From: a virus | IMG/VR virus record: IMGVR_UViG_3300023502_000001 | Location: 35,960-99,959 of that record | DNA length: 64,000 bases | Reading direction: 5' to 3' (one strand) | Shown here: in pieces, positions 47,585 through 59,866 of the stretch | Layout: each line of letters starts with the position of its first letter | How positions within the stretch are numbered: position 1 is the stretch's first letter | Program-made: the position numbers and the translations under genes | Notes under the pieces: model-generated | Told to the model about the DNA's origin: nothing | Database searches by the model: none | The model's input: only the letters and a program-made list of their open reading frames with translations

Positions 47585-48499
47585 ATGGACAAAAGTAAAA
47601 TTACAAAACAAAATGGGAACATAGCTTTCGAGGAGGAGGCTCATATTTATTATGATGTTACAGAGCCTGAACAGAAATTTATATCTGTGACGACTTTAAT
47701 ACATTCTTTCACCCAACCCTTTGACAAAGAGTTCTGGTCAGCCTATAAAGCATTAGAGAAACTTCTGTCTAAAGAAGATTGGGCTATTGAGAAAAAGTCA
47801 TTACTGAATACTAAGAAATTTGACAAAGTTCTACTTGAGCTTCATAACATTACAGAAGACGAGTTTAATAAGGAACAACAAGCTATCTTAGATGCATGGG
47901 ATTTAGAGAATAGGAACTCTTGCGAAAGAGGAACTAAGATTCATGCAGATTTAGAAAACTCTTTTTACAAAAAGAAAAAGAACATAGACCTTAGTAAATA
48001 TCAAATAGGTGGCAAGTTTGAGTGTGTAAAAGACCATAATGAATTAGATTTAGAGAATGGGGTATATCCTGAGTATTTAATATCTAGAGTATCAGAAGAT
48101 GGGAAACTTAGAATAGCTGGACAAATCGACTTGCTAGTTAAAAGAGGTAACAAGATAATTATAGGAGACTGGAAAACCAATAAGAAGATAGAAACTAAGA
48201 GTTTCTTTAATTCTAAAACTAAATCATCAGTTAAGATGAAATATCCTCTAAATAATTTAGATGATGTTAATTATTGGCATTATGCACTTCAATTAAGTAC
48301 TTACGCCTGGATGATACAAAAAAAGAATCCGGAGTTTGAGATTGAAGATTTAGTATTGGTTCACTTTGATCACAGTGATAATATGACAGTATATCATCTA
48401 CCTTACCTAAAAGATGAAGTAATTAGAATGCTGTTGTTTTATAAAAAAGAATCTGTACTAGCTGAAAACAAAAGAAAACGTCAACGTATTGAATATTAA
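47585..48499 (+). CDS. PD-(D/E)XK nuclease-family protein (putative)
   Basis: 304 aa; ...GQIDLLVKRGNKIIIGDWKT resembles the D...(D/E)xK core of RecB/YqaJ-like nucleases. Confidence 0.5.
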   Translation: MDKSKITKQNGNIAFEEEAHIYYDVTEPEQKFISVTTLIHSFTQPFDKEFWSAYKALEKLLSKEDWAIEKKSLLNTKKFDKVLLELHNITEDEFNKEQQAILDAWDLENRNSCERGTKIHADLENSFYKKKKNIDLSKYQIGGKFECVKDHNELDLENGVYPEYLISRVSEDGKLRIAGQIDLLVKRGNKIIIGDWKTNKKIETKSFFNSKTKSSVKMKYPLNNLDDVNYWHYALQLSTYAWMIQKKNPEFEIEDLVLVHFDHSDNMTVYHLPYLKDEVIRMLLFYKKESVLAENKRKRQRIEY

Positions 48500-48501
48500 T
48501 T

Positions 48502-48717
48502 ATGACATTAGAAGAAATTGAAGAACGGTGGAAAATATGTAGACGATGTCCTATATGCGACCAAGATAATGGATTATGTAATGGAAATTTATATCTAAAT
48601 CCAAAAAATAATGATATAAGTATAGGACCAAAAGAAGGTTATATAAAAGGATGCGGATGTCTACTAGAGAAGAAGATTCCAAACGAGAAAAAACATTGTC
48701 CTGCAGGGAAATGGTAA
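48502..48717 (+). CDS. zinc-ribbon protein
   Basis: 71 aa; CRRCPIC ... CGC ... HCPAGKW. Confidence 0.5.
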   Translation: MTLEEIEERWKICRRCPICDQDNGLCNGNLYLNPKNNDISIGPKEGYIKGCGCLLEKKIPNEKKHCPAGKW

Positions 48718-49034
48718 TGTACGGAACTCCCGTACTGTATAGACCTGATAAGGCTTACGTACTTACTTATCAGGAAACAAAAGAAGAAAATAAAGAAGAT
48801 ATGACAGAAAAATGGATTAAGGCAATATTTACTAAGCCTCTAACAATATTAAAGAGTATATATTTTAATATATTTGGAATAAATCAAGATTTAGCAACCA
48901 AGAGATTAAAGATTTGTAATACTTGTCCTCACAAGTTATATACTTCTGTTGGAGAAGTATGTGAGGAATGTGGTTGTATATTAGAGAATAAAACTAGAAT
49001 AGAAGATGAACATTGTGATTTATGTAAATGGTAA
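48711..49034 (+). CDS. zinc-ribbon protein
   Basis: track ORF 48651..49034 trimmed to Met after the upstream stop; CNTCPH...CEECGC...HCDLCKW. Confidence 0.45.
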   Translation: MVMYGTPVLYRPDKAYVLTYQETKEENKEDMTEKWIKAIFTKPLTILKSIYFNIFGINQDLATKRLKICNTCPHKLYTSVGEVCEECGCILENKTRIEDEHCDLCKW

Positions 49035-49042
49035 AATGAATT

Positions 49043-49768
49043 ATGGAAAATTTAAGAACAGAATTAAACAGTAACGAGAAACTAGCCTTATCTTTGACCG
49101 GAATGGAAGGAACAGGAGAACACTTTATTTTAAATGGTGAAGCTGCAGATAAGACATTACTTAGAGAGAAACAAGAAAGATTTAATACAGCGGTAGATGA
49201 AATAGAAGATAAATTCTCAAAACATAATAAGGCTTTAGAGGATTACGCTAATTCATTATCAGAAGATATGAATGGTGTAGAGATTATGCCTATGTATGGA
49301 TATGCTCTTATCAAGCCGTTTGAACAGAACCCATTCCAAAAAATTAAGACTACTAAATCAGGATTAATTACAGACTTAGGAGGGTTTGCTCCAACATACA
49401 AGTCTAACGAGACTGGAGAAATTGAGGAAGAACAACAGTTTATCAAGGTAGGTACTGTAGTAGAGGTAGGTCACAAGTGTGAGTTCTTAAAGCCTGGTGA
49501 TATTGTATTCTATACTATAGCTAGTGAATGTATGGTTCCATTTTACAAACTAGGATTCGTAGTAGTTAATGAGAATAGAATCATGGCTGTAGTTAATGAG
49601 AAACTAACTGAAAGAAGAGACCAAATTAAGCAATCTCAAGATTGTATAAATGTAGATATAGATAAGATCCCAAAAGAGCTTGGAGATAGCTTACCTGAGA
49701 GAATAAAGAATTGGATGGAATACAAAAAGATAGGAATTAATTTACTTAGAGAAGATGGAAACAATTGA
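49043..49768 (+). CDS. hypothetical protein
   Basis: 241-aa ORF. Confidence 0.6.
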   Translation: MENLRTELNSNEKLALSLTGMEGTGEHFILNGEAADKTLLREKQERFNTAVDEIEDKFSKHNKALEDYANSLSEDMNGVEIMPMYGYALIKPFEQNPFQKIKTTKSGLITDLGGFAPTYKSNETGEIEEEQQFIKVGTVVEVGHKCEFLKPGDIVFYTIASECMVPFYKLGFVVVNENRIMAVVNEKLTERRDQIKQSQDCINVDIDKIPKELGDSLPERIKNWMEYKKIGINLLREDGNN

Positions 49769-49979
49769 TGAGAAAGTTTATTTCAAACCTGGGGATTGTG
49801 TTACTTTACGGTAGTGTAAGGTAATGCATTCTCCAGTAATGCTTGTTCTGAGAAGAGAATCAGCATTATTTAAAGATAACCAGGGATTGCGCGGACTTAG
49901 ATGTAGATGGTTTACTGATTCTGGACTGATGCAAGAAGCAGTATTTAATACAAAAGACTTAATTAAAGTAGAAGAATAA

Positions 49980-51193
49980 TGGCGAAAATACAATTTGATC
50001 CAGAGTTAATGTAGCATATCAAGACTATATATGGAGACGCAGAGTTAGACGGAAGAACTTTACAACAGTTGCATTAGACTTGGCAAAGTAATCCGAACTC
50101 TATTAGAAATACTGCATAGTAGAAGAAAAGAAGTGCTGTGCCAGCTATACAACAAAAACCTATATTAGGATTAAAGCTGTCTACTCCTACTATTCCTAAA
50201 AAAATAAATGCACCTTAGCAACAAATTCAAAACGACGACTTAAGAGGAGTCTAGGGGTTTGGTACGGCATTTAGAGAAGCCAGAAAGAGAGGACTAACTC
50301 AATTCAAATGGGGGAAAGGAGTGTATGGAACATAGTTAGCTAATGGAAAGAAAGCAACAGTAGAGGTAGGAACTCCAGTAATGAATAATCCCTATGTTAC
50401 ATATAGTCAAGACGGAAAAAGAGCTACTACGTACCAAAATCAAGTAGACTAGGAAACTGGAGAGCATACTGGAACTATCCAAGAACAATGGATAAAGCCG
50501 CCTACAACTAATATGTATGGGCAGAAACTAACTCCAGAATAGCTCAAAAATTAGAGAAGTTGGGAACATATACCAAAGGCAACTGCTAGATAGCAACGAG
50601 TTAAATATCAACAAGGAGGAGCAATGGCTAATTAGGAAGAATTACAAAAAGCATTTATGGCATACTTAATACAGGATGCCGCAGCACAAGGAATACAATT
50701 ACAATCTGAGTAGGATTTAGAACAATATGCTCAGCAATTAGGAGAAGACGGAATTAAAGCCAAATACCAGGAATTTATGCAAAAAATGCAAGGTGGGGTT
50801 ATGGCTAGATTAGGAGCTAAGCTTGAGTACTATAAAAAATTAAAAGGAGTTTGCCCAGAAGGGGAAGAGCTTGTTTATTTTAAACAAGGAGGGAGAATAT
50901 GTAAAGCCTGCCAGAAAGCTTAGAAAGGTGCCAAGGTAAAAGGTAACGAGGTAGACAAATTTAAGAAAGGAAGAGCACAGTATAAGAAAGATATGAAATC
51001 AGCGAAAGATGAAGCTTCTAGAGATTCTATATCTATTAATAAGTATAATGATTAGGAAACCATGTCTAATAAAGGACATAAAGGAAACTTCCAAAAGGGA
51101 AAATGGGTTCCTGATAGAAAGCAATATACTAAAAAGGATGCTTGTGGCTCTAAAATGAAAGTAAGCAAGTGTGGCTCTAAAATGAAGAAGTAA
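49980..51193 (+). CDS. Gln-rich hypothetical protein (TAG-recoded)
   Basis: about 404 codons open when TAG is sense (about 17 in-frame TAGs), terminated by TAA; MAKIQFDPELM(Q)HIKTIYGD... Confidence 0.6.
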
Positions 51194-51226
51194 GAAAAGA
51201 TTGTCGAATGTTAATGATTAATGATT

Positions 51227-51817
51227 ATGAATGTATTTAACTATAACACTTTAACTAAATAGTTAGAAATAAATGAACCAGAGATTCTTCTAGTTAAAGA
51301 GTTCAAAGCTTTACTACAAAGAGATAAATCTGTGGAAAAGGATAGAGCAATTAGAGAACTATCATACATTTATTTAGCTATTGATTGGAAGAGTCCGTAT
51401 AGCTAGTACTCTGAATATGAAAGGCACGATGAAGCAATTAATGATTCTGGATTAACAGAATCAGAATTTAATGATCCGATATTTAGGGAAGCATGTAGAA
51501 AATATAGAGCATTATAGGACTCAAATAAATCAATTAAATTATTAGAAGCTGCTAGAAGAGCTGCTGACTAGTTTATTGATTACTTCGATACTATTGTAGA
51601 CTTAAATGAACGTGACACTAATGGAAAGCCAGTATTCTCTGCTGAGAAAGTAATGAAGGAAATGGCTAGCCTTCATAAAGTTCACGAAGAATTAATTACA
51701 TTAGAAGATGAGGTTAAAAAAGAACTTACTGAATAGTCTACCGTTAGAGGAGGGGCTACAGATGGTTTTGATCCCGGAGAATTTTAATTATGCCAAGAAA
51801 GAAAAAGATATTACCTG
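51227..51817 (+). CDS. hypothetical protein, possible terminase small subunit by position (TAG-recoded)
   Basis: about 196 codons, 4 in-frame TAGs, ends TGA; directly precedes the terminase large subunit. Confidence 0.45.
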
Positions 51818-54150
51818 ATGAACTATAGACTATAGTAGATTAGGTAAGAGAAAAAGAACATAAAGAAGATGCTGTAGAGGCAAGAGAGCTAGTATAGAAA
51901 ATAAGAGAAGAAAGGGTCAAAAGTGCAGACTATTGGGATGTCAAGAAAGGAGACAAGATAGATGTTTTTGACCCTACTTTGTCTTATGAGATAACTGGCT
52001 ATAGACCTATTGATGAAACGCATGGTTTGGACTTTAATCCCGAATGGTTCACCGAAACCAGAGAAGTATACAGAAAGACTGGGAAGTATTGTCCCTACTT
52101 AAAAGACAGTAAGAGATACAATGAATTTTGGAAAGAGTAGTACAGAAGATGTAAATATGGAATGACAGTTAATGGTTATACTATTACTGGAGATAACTAT
52201 TTCTTCTTAAATTTCTATTAGCTTCCTATTATTGATGATAATAAAGCATCCGGTGAAGGAACTAATAGTGACTTCCCTATATTCTTTGCATCCCATTACA
52301 TGTTCTTCCATTACTTACAAATGGCTAGAGTACTACATAGACATGCAGCTTTAATGAAGGCTCGTTCAATCGGATTCTCAGAAATAAATGCCTCACTATC
52401 CGCTCGTATGTATTCTGTAATTAGAAGAAGTAGAGTAATGATTACTTGCTTTAATGATACCTTCCTTAAAGGTACATTTAGTAAGTTTGATAATGCTCTA
52501 ACATTTTTAAATACTTGCACAGGTGGAGGATTCTTTAAGCTTCGTCTAATTGACCAGGATTTAAGAAAGAAGTCTGGTAAGTAGGTTAAAGTAAACGGAT
52601 AGTTTGAAGATGTTGGATTTAAATCAGAAGTAGTAGGAATAAATGGAGCTAAACCATCTAATATTCGTGGAGACCGTGTTGACTTATTAATATATGATGA
52701 AGCAGGGTCTTGGCCAGGATTAGATACTGCTGTGGTACAAGGACAAGAACTTTGTGAAGTCTAGGGTAAGCCTCGTGGAACAATGTTGTTTGGAGGTACT
52801 GGTGGTGATATGGGTGCTCCATTAGCAGGTCTTAAAAAGATTTACTATAATCCAAAAGCTTACAAAGTTCTTCCCTTTAGACATAATTATACTCAAGATG
52901 GGACTACTATTGAGAGTGGATTCTTTATTCCATATTTTGTACAGTCTTTGAACTCCGAATACATGGATCATAGAGGTGTATGTAATACCGTAGAATATAA
53001 GAAGTATCTGTAGGAAGAAAGAGATAATCTATTAGCAGTACCCGATGACTATTTAAAGAAGTGTGCTGAACGTTGTTGGAATGCAGAAGAGGCCTTCAAT
53101 CTAGAAGGTGTTAACAAGTTTAACAAAATTCTTATTTCTGATCAATTAGCTAATATAAGACTAAAGAAAATAGGTCCCAGACCAGAATGTGGTTATATAG
53201 ATTACTTCTATAAAAATAATAAACACACTGCTGATAACATTGATGGATTTAAGTGGATTCCTAATACTAAGGGAAAGGTAAAGATTCTGGAACATCCAGT
53301 ATGGTCTGACCTATATAAGGAGTAGATGGATAAACTTAGATAGGAAGCAGAGGAAAGAGGAGAGGAATTTGAAGCACCTGTATATAAAGAAATGCATAAT
53401 CTTTATATTGCAGGAATAGACGGTATTGATATAGGAGCTAATTAGACCTCAAAGGAAACTAAAGATCCTTCTGACTTCTGTATAACTATTAAGAGAAGGG
53501 CATTTGGTATGAGTGAGCCATAGTATGTAGCAATGTATAAGGACAGACCTGGAGACATTCGAGAGGCTTACAAAATAGCTATGTGTTTACTTAGATACTA
53601 CAACTGTAAGGTAAATATAGAAGCAACCCGTGTTGGTATGATTACCTGGGCTAGAGAAAAGAAATGTTTGAATTACTTTATGAAACGTCCTAGAGCTACT
53701 CTTACTGATGTTAAAAATGGAACTACTAAATAGTATGGAACTCCAGCTACTAAAACTATTATAGAACAACACACTGATCTAACTGCTGCGTTTGTGGAAG
53801 ATTATTGTCATACTATATGGTTTGAAGAAATGTTGGAATAGCTTACTGGATATAATGACGAGAATAAAGGTAAGTTCGATATTATAGCAGCTATGGGTAT
53901 GACAGAATTAGCAGATGAAGAGTTGTCTGGAAGATAGCCTATAGTTGTGGAAAAAGAAGTTGAATTGTTCAGGGATTTTGGTTATTATTACGATGAGAGA
54001 GGAATAAAAAGATTTGGAGTTATACCAACTAGCGAAACTCCAGAATTAAATATGCAAGACGACGAATACGATGACCCATACAGAATTGAAACAAGTGATC
54101 CTAGAGTATATGAGAGACTTATACCAAATGGAATATATAGGCGGACTTGA
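51790..54150 (+). CDS. terL: terminase large subunit (TAG-recoded)
   Basis: about 786 codons in one frame joining track ORFs 52300..52584, 52783..53013, 53533..53733 and 53947..54150 through in-frame TAGs; ATPase-like RGDRVDLLIYDEAGSW and nuclease-like LYIAGIDGIDIG / DIIAAMGM segments. Confidence 0.6.
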
Positions 54151-54347
54151 GATTGAGGATTTGAATCCAGTTGGTTACAAAATATCTTTTAACTTTGACA
54201 GGTCTGAGATGCCATTAGTAATCATAGCTGATTTACCCGATGATGAATTTCTGCCTTTTATTAAAGAAGAATTAAGAAGTAGGAAGTTATAGAGAGTTAA
54301 GTATTATAACGCCACTAAGCTTCCTCCAGAACAACATAATACATGTT

Positions 54348-56519
54348 ATGAAAGAGAAAGAATTGATAGACAAAACAAACGAGGCTATTGCGGAACTTGT
54401 GTATGATAAATATGAGCTTTAGAAAGCTTATAATTATTATAATGGTAAAAGAGATCCAGAATAGTTTCGCTATCTTGAAGAGAATTTTGGAATAGGCAGT
54501 CCTACATCAGTAGAATTTACACCACTACTTAAGAAGCATGTAGATGCTTTAGTAGGGGAATATCTAGGAACTCCAATACTCCCGAAAGTCTCTTGCAAAG
54601 ATTCAGATACTATCAGTAATATAACCAGAGAAAAATAGCTAGAGATAACTAAAGGAATAGTTAAGTTTTTAAAAGATCACTTAAGTAATGCTATCTTAAG
54701 CTTTATTGACGGAAAAGATATTACTGATAAAGCTGTAAAGACTCAGCTAGATAAGGTTATATAGGATATTGATTAGTCATTCATTTCTCAGTATGAAATT
54801 GCTGCGCAGAACATTATTCACTACCTAATGCAATCTAGGGAAACTGATCTTATTACTAAGTTGCGGTAGTTATTAACTGACTTACTAATTACTGGATACA
54901 CATTCTTTAGAGTAAAGTCTTCTTTCTCCGGAACTAATGTGGAGATAGAGGTTCTTAACCCGTTAAATACGTTTGTTGATAGAAATCCAGAATCTCCATA
55001 TGTCAAGAAATCATATAGAGTTGTTATTAGAAAATGGATGAGTAAAAGCCAAATACTAGCTAAGTATGGTAAAGAAATATCTAGAGAAGACTTAAAGAGG
55101 TTAAAAGATGAATGGAGAGCAGATGATTCTGCTGCTGTATACAGAAGAGTTTATGGAGATGTTTGTACAGTGGTTAATGAAGATCAAAATCATGAGACCA
55201 TTCCTGGGTATCCAGATAATGAATATAGTGCTCATAGATTTTAGTTAATTCCGGTCTACGATGTAGAGTGGATAGAGACTGATGATGATTTCAAAATGCA
55301 GAGATACAATACTATAAGGATAGGAGAGGAAATCTATATTCTTAGAGGATTAGACAAGACTGCAATGAGGTCTAAAGACGATCCTAACTCTTGTTCATTA
55401 TCAGTAAATGGAGTTTATTTTCTAAATCGTTCTCAGTAGCCATATTCTTTAATACTTAAGTGTGCACATCTACAGGATAGATATGACTTACTTAACTACT
55501 ACAGAGACAACTTGATAGCTAATAGTGGAACCTCAGGAGTTATTATGGATATGTCATTACTTCCTACTAACTTAGGAGTGCATTGGCCAGAAAGAGTATA
55601 GAAATGGTTAGCTTATAAAAAGGGTGGTATTATGTGGATTGATTCCACTTAGGAAGGAAGAAATGATGGAGCGCAGGCACCTAACTAGATATACAATGGA
55701 TTTGATGATACCCTTAAAGCGTAGGCTGTATAGGCTATTGAGTTAGCTATTCAATCAGTAGAATAGACTACATCATCTATAACTGGAGTATTTAGGGAAA
55801 GACTTAATGGAATAGAGACTCATGATGCTGTAACTAATATTAAGCAAGGAGTAGCTAATTCTTATATAGTAACTAAACACTACTTCCAACAAATGGATTT
55901 AATAACTTGTGAGATATTGTTGGATAGTCTTAATCAGGCTAAAGTAACTTACAAGAAAGGATTAACTGGAACCATTATATTAGGAGACAAGTATTAGCAG
56001 ATATTTACTGCACTTCCTGAATATTTCACAATGACTGATTTTGATATTCATATAACCTCTAGCACTGAAGTTATGGAAGATCTATAGACTATTAAAGCTA
56101 TGATTCCAGAGTTCCTTAAGAGTTAGTAGATGGATGCTGGTATAGTTTTTGAAGCATTAACAGCTAAGAGTTTAACAGACTTAAAGTATAAGGTTAAGAA
56201 AGCTATGTAGGTTTAGAAGGAAGAGAACAATCAATTACAATAGTTGTAGCAGAAGTTGGAGGAAACTTCATAGCAAGCACAACAATTACAATAGGAATTA
56301 GAAAAAGCTTAGTAGAAAATAGAGAGGTTAGATGAACAAAAACTTGGACTAGAGCAATAGAAAATGCAACTCGAATACAAGGTTAATTGGCTTAAAGCCC
56401 AATCAGATTCTACTTATAAAGATAGACAAATGGATATTGAAGAGAAGAGAACTGAAATAGAATTAGCATAGCTTCATGATGGAAATCCATATAACGATAA
56501 AATAAGACAAATACATTAA
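54348..56519 (+). CDS. portal protein (putative, by size and position; TAG-recoded)
   Basis: about 723 codons in the frame of track ORF 54939..55244, many in-frame TAGs, ends TAA; follows terL. Confidence 0.45.
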
Positions 56520-56520
56520 T

Positions 56521-57390
56521 ATGGCTACAGCAGGTACAATAGTATATAATAAAGATTAGCAACAAATATATCCAGTTTCTCATGCAGAGGTGGTAATTAG
56601 TAATGCTTCTGGAAGTAAGTCAGACGTGGAAGACAACCTTATAAAATTATGGAAAAAGGTCTCAGAATTAAGTGGAGACTAGGAAGCAGCTAGTAATATC
56701 ATGGTAGTAGTTACTTATTGTAAAACAAATACCAGAGATGAATCTGAAGTAAGAAAGTTATCATCATGGAGTGATATTTTTGAACTACCAGACTCAGAAA
56801 GACCATATGTTTGGAAGAAAACTTTATATACATATAAAGGAGACACAGCTAAACTTAATGAGATTTACGAAATTGTTGCTACAGATATTGCTGAAAAAAT
56901 TCAGAATATCTATATTGCAAGATCAACTGGGGTTGCTCCAGTTATTACTTATCCAATACTAACGGATGGATATGGAGATCCTATATTAGACTCTGAAGGA
57001 AATACTTAGGAAGATTTGACTGCTTTTGATAAAAAATTACCAGAAGGCTGGTCAGAAACTCCAGTTAGTATTGGTCCAGCTACTCCATATGTATTTATAT
57101 CAACACGTAAGAGAGTAGAAGGATTATGGAAAAGATATTCTGAACCAGCTCAATACGGTAGGTGGGCATTCGACAGTTAGTTAGAGTTACGATATACTAT
57201 TACTTCTGGAGATAAACCAGCTGTTAATACTACAAGTGATGATCCAGGAAGTTAGTGGTCTAGTGATACTCCAGATAGTTTTACTGGAAAAATGTGGATG
57301 ATTACTGCAACATCAGTAAATGGAGTATTGAATAGTGATGAAAACAACGTTAGATGGCATGGTCCTCATTTGATGTCAATTATACAATAA
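56521..57390 (+). CDS. virion-associated hypothetical protein (TAG-recoded)
   Basis: about 289 codons incl. track ORF 56701..57009; stop overlaps next start (TAATG). Confidence 0.5.
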
Positions 57391-58121
57391 TGGAATTTAG
57401 TATTGATATACATACCCAGATTACTGGGGAAATAACTATTGAAGACTTCTCTAAGGAATATGGATAGTATATTGATGAAGATTTAGAAGTAGTAACCTCT
57501 TACGACTCTTATAAGTACAGTGAGAGTGCTACTCTAAATACTATCATCAAGGTAAGTATAGGAGATGCCACATTAATAGATGTCCTTTTAAATGACCATA
57601 CAGAAGATTTAGATTCCTGTACATTTAAAGTAAAAGAGGACGGATATTATGTGGTAGATCATATAATACTTCCTAATATGAAGTGGTATGAAAATTCATC
57701 TGATGAATATAAGGAATACTACGAAACTATCTATGTTACAGATGGGGAGAAACTATATAAAGAAGTAGAAGGAGAGTTAGAAGAGTGTACAGTAAAGGAA
57801 ATTCTAGAAAGAAACATAGAAGGCACTACTATCAAGAAATGTAAGGTCGATGTATTCTTTACTGGGAATTTACAATAGTGCTATATTAATTATTGTAAAA
57901 AATTATTTGATGGTCTCCTAAATAAATGTGTTACCAATGAACATGAGGCAGATATTTTTGCTAGAGATTTTATTTGGATGACTCTCAACATTATAGATTA
58001 TTTAATAGGCTTTAAACAATTCATGGAAGCCGAAAGATTGCTAGCAATGTTCCGCACTTGTGGAGGATTCTGTAACACTCGCTATCATGGACATAAACAT
58101 ATAAGTTGTGGATGCTCTTAA
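57390..58121 (+). CDS. hypothetical protein (TAG-recoded)
   Basis: about 243 codons incl. track ORF 57651..57878; C-terminal Cys/His-rich tail. Confidence 0.5.
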
Positions 58122-58276
58122 AAGAAAGGCTATTAAAAGGTACGAAGAGTTTCTTGGAAGAATTAAGAAAGGATATAGACCAGATTATCAAGATATTTTG
58201 AATTTAATCTGTTTTATTAATCTACCTGTAAAACTAGATAATCACGAATTTATTAAATAGCAACTATTAAATCATA

Positions 58277-59866
58277 ATGATACAGCCTATTTACACTTCG
58301 GTAAGCAATGCTGATATAAAGCCTTGTGGAAAGAAAGGACATTTAATAAAAAGTGAGCCTATACCACTTCTAAGAGATAATTACTTAGGAGAATATAGAA
58401 CAGAACTAGAAAGAGCTAAGGTTAGAAAAAACTTAGGAATTGCTGATGAGTAGAGTCTTCTTTGGGGAAATATTAGTGGAACCATAGAGGCTTAGAAAGA
58501 CTTGGTTTAGTATATTGAACAAAAATGGACATATACTAGCGATGTTGCAGAAAATATTAACACCGTAAAAGATGCATTAGACTATGCATTATTTTTTATT
58601 AGTTAGTATGAGGCTAATACTGAGGAAATAGAAGAGATAAAGGTTGATATAAGTAATATTAGGACTAGTATTTAGGTATTAGGAGAAGATCTGAAAAGAG
58701 AGATTGATACTAATAGGGAAGGACTAAATAACTTATCTTAGGATATAATCGAAATTAATTAGGCAATATCAGACCTCAACACTGCTATAGAAAATATAGA
58801 TGTTGATAAGAACATTCTTAATTGGATTAAAAACAACCTTTAGAACTCTAAGACTGTAGAGATAAAGGAGGATAATACTATAGAAGTCATTCTTTCTAAG
58901 TAGGATAATAATGCTATTCATTTAATCGAATAGGAATTACCTCCTACAGAAGAAGGAGAGGAGCCTTCTACTATAACCCTTCCAGGAATTTATGTAAAGA
59001 ATCTAGAACCTTAGTTAGAAGAAGCTTAGAAATCTATAGGAGAAGTATAGAAAGCTCAAGAAGAGACTAATGAAAAGGTTAGCACTAATAGCGAGAGTAT
59101 TACAAATATCTAGACTAGTCTAGAAACTATAGCTACCTATTAGACAGAACTTCCTGATGATACAACTTCTACTGTTATAGAAGGTACTACCGTTGAAAAA
59201 TTAAAAGGGAAACCATTTAATGAAATCATAGATACTTTACTATTCCCAACAGTAGTTAGAGATTTAATATATCCATAGTTGTATTATAGCTTTGCTTCCC
59301 AAATTGTGGAAGTAGGAACTGCGCTACTAACTCCAACCTTAACTTTCGTAAAAAATGATGCAGGAGAAGAAACTGACAGAGAAGAAGTCATTACTTATAA
59401 CGGTTCTCCTATAGAGTCTGTTACATATGATTCTATTGGGATTTATACTCATTCTGGTACAGTGAATTATGCTGCTGGAGAATACTTAGTAAACAATAAG
59501 GGAGAAGTTACAGATAAAAGGGTGGAAGCTGGTTCTATATCAGCAACTGCACAAGTAACAGCTACTTATCCTTGGTATTCTGGAAATACTGATGGATTGA
59601 TAAAATAGTCCCTAGTTCCATTTAATTAGGCTTCTGGCACTATTACATTCTCATTAAGTGGTAAGGCTATTATAAAATTACCAGGAAGTAATACTCAGCT
59701 AAATTCCTTCACAGTAGATGGAGGATTGGGATATTTGAATGTCGATTTAAATGGTTGGGAAGCTTCTACTGAACAAATAAATGGATTCCCATATAAAGTA
59801 TGGACTAAGAAGGATACCTACTCTTCAGCACTGCCTCACCAAATTAACTTTATTCTATCACAGTAA
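58277..59866 (+). CDS. tail fibre-like protein (coiled-coil N-terminus; TAG-recoded)
   Basis: about 529 codons incl. track ORF 59279..59608; extended Q/E/L-rich heptad region then beta-rich C-terminus. Confidence 0.5.

Noticed and set aside
45054-49768. Whether the head of the plus-strand block (45.7-49.8 kb) uses the standard code because its ORFs appear intact in the track
   Set aside because: These genes simply contain no TAG codons and end in TAA or TGA, which is compatible with either code; the flanking genes 45054..45594 and 47119..47470 do contain in-frame TAG, so a code switch within the block is not supported.
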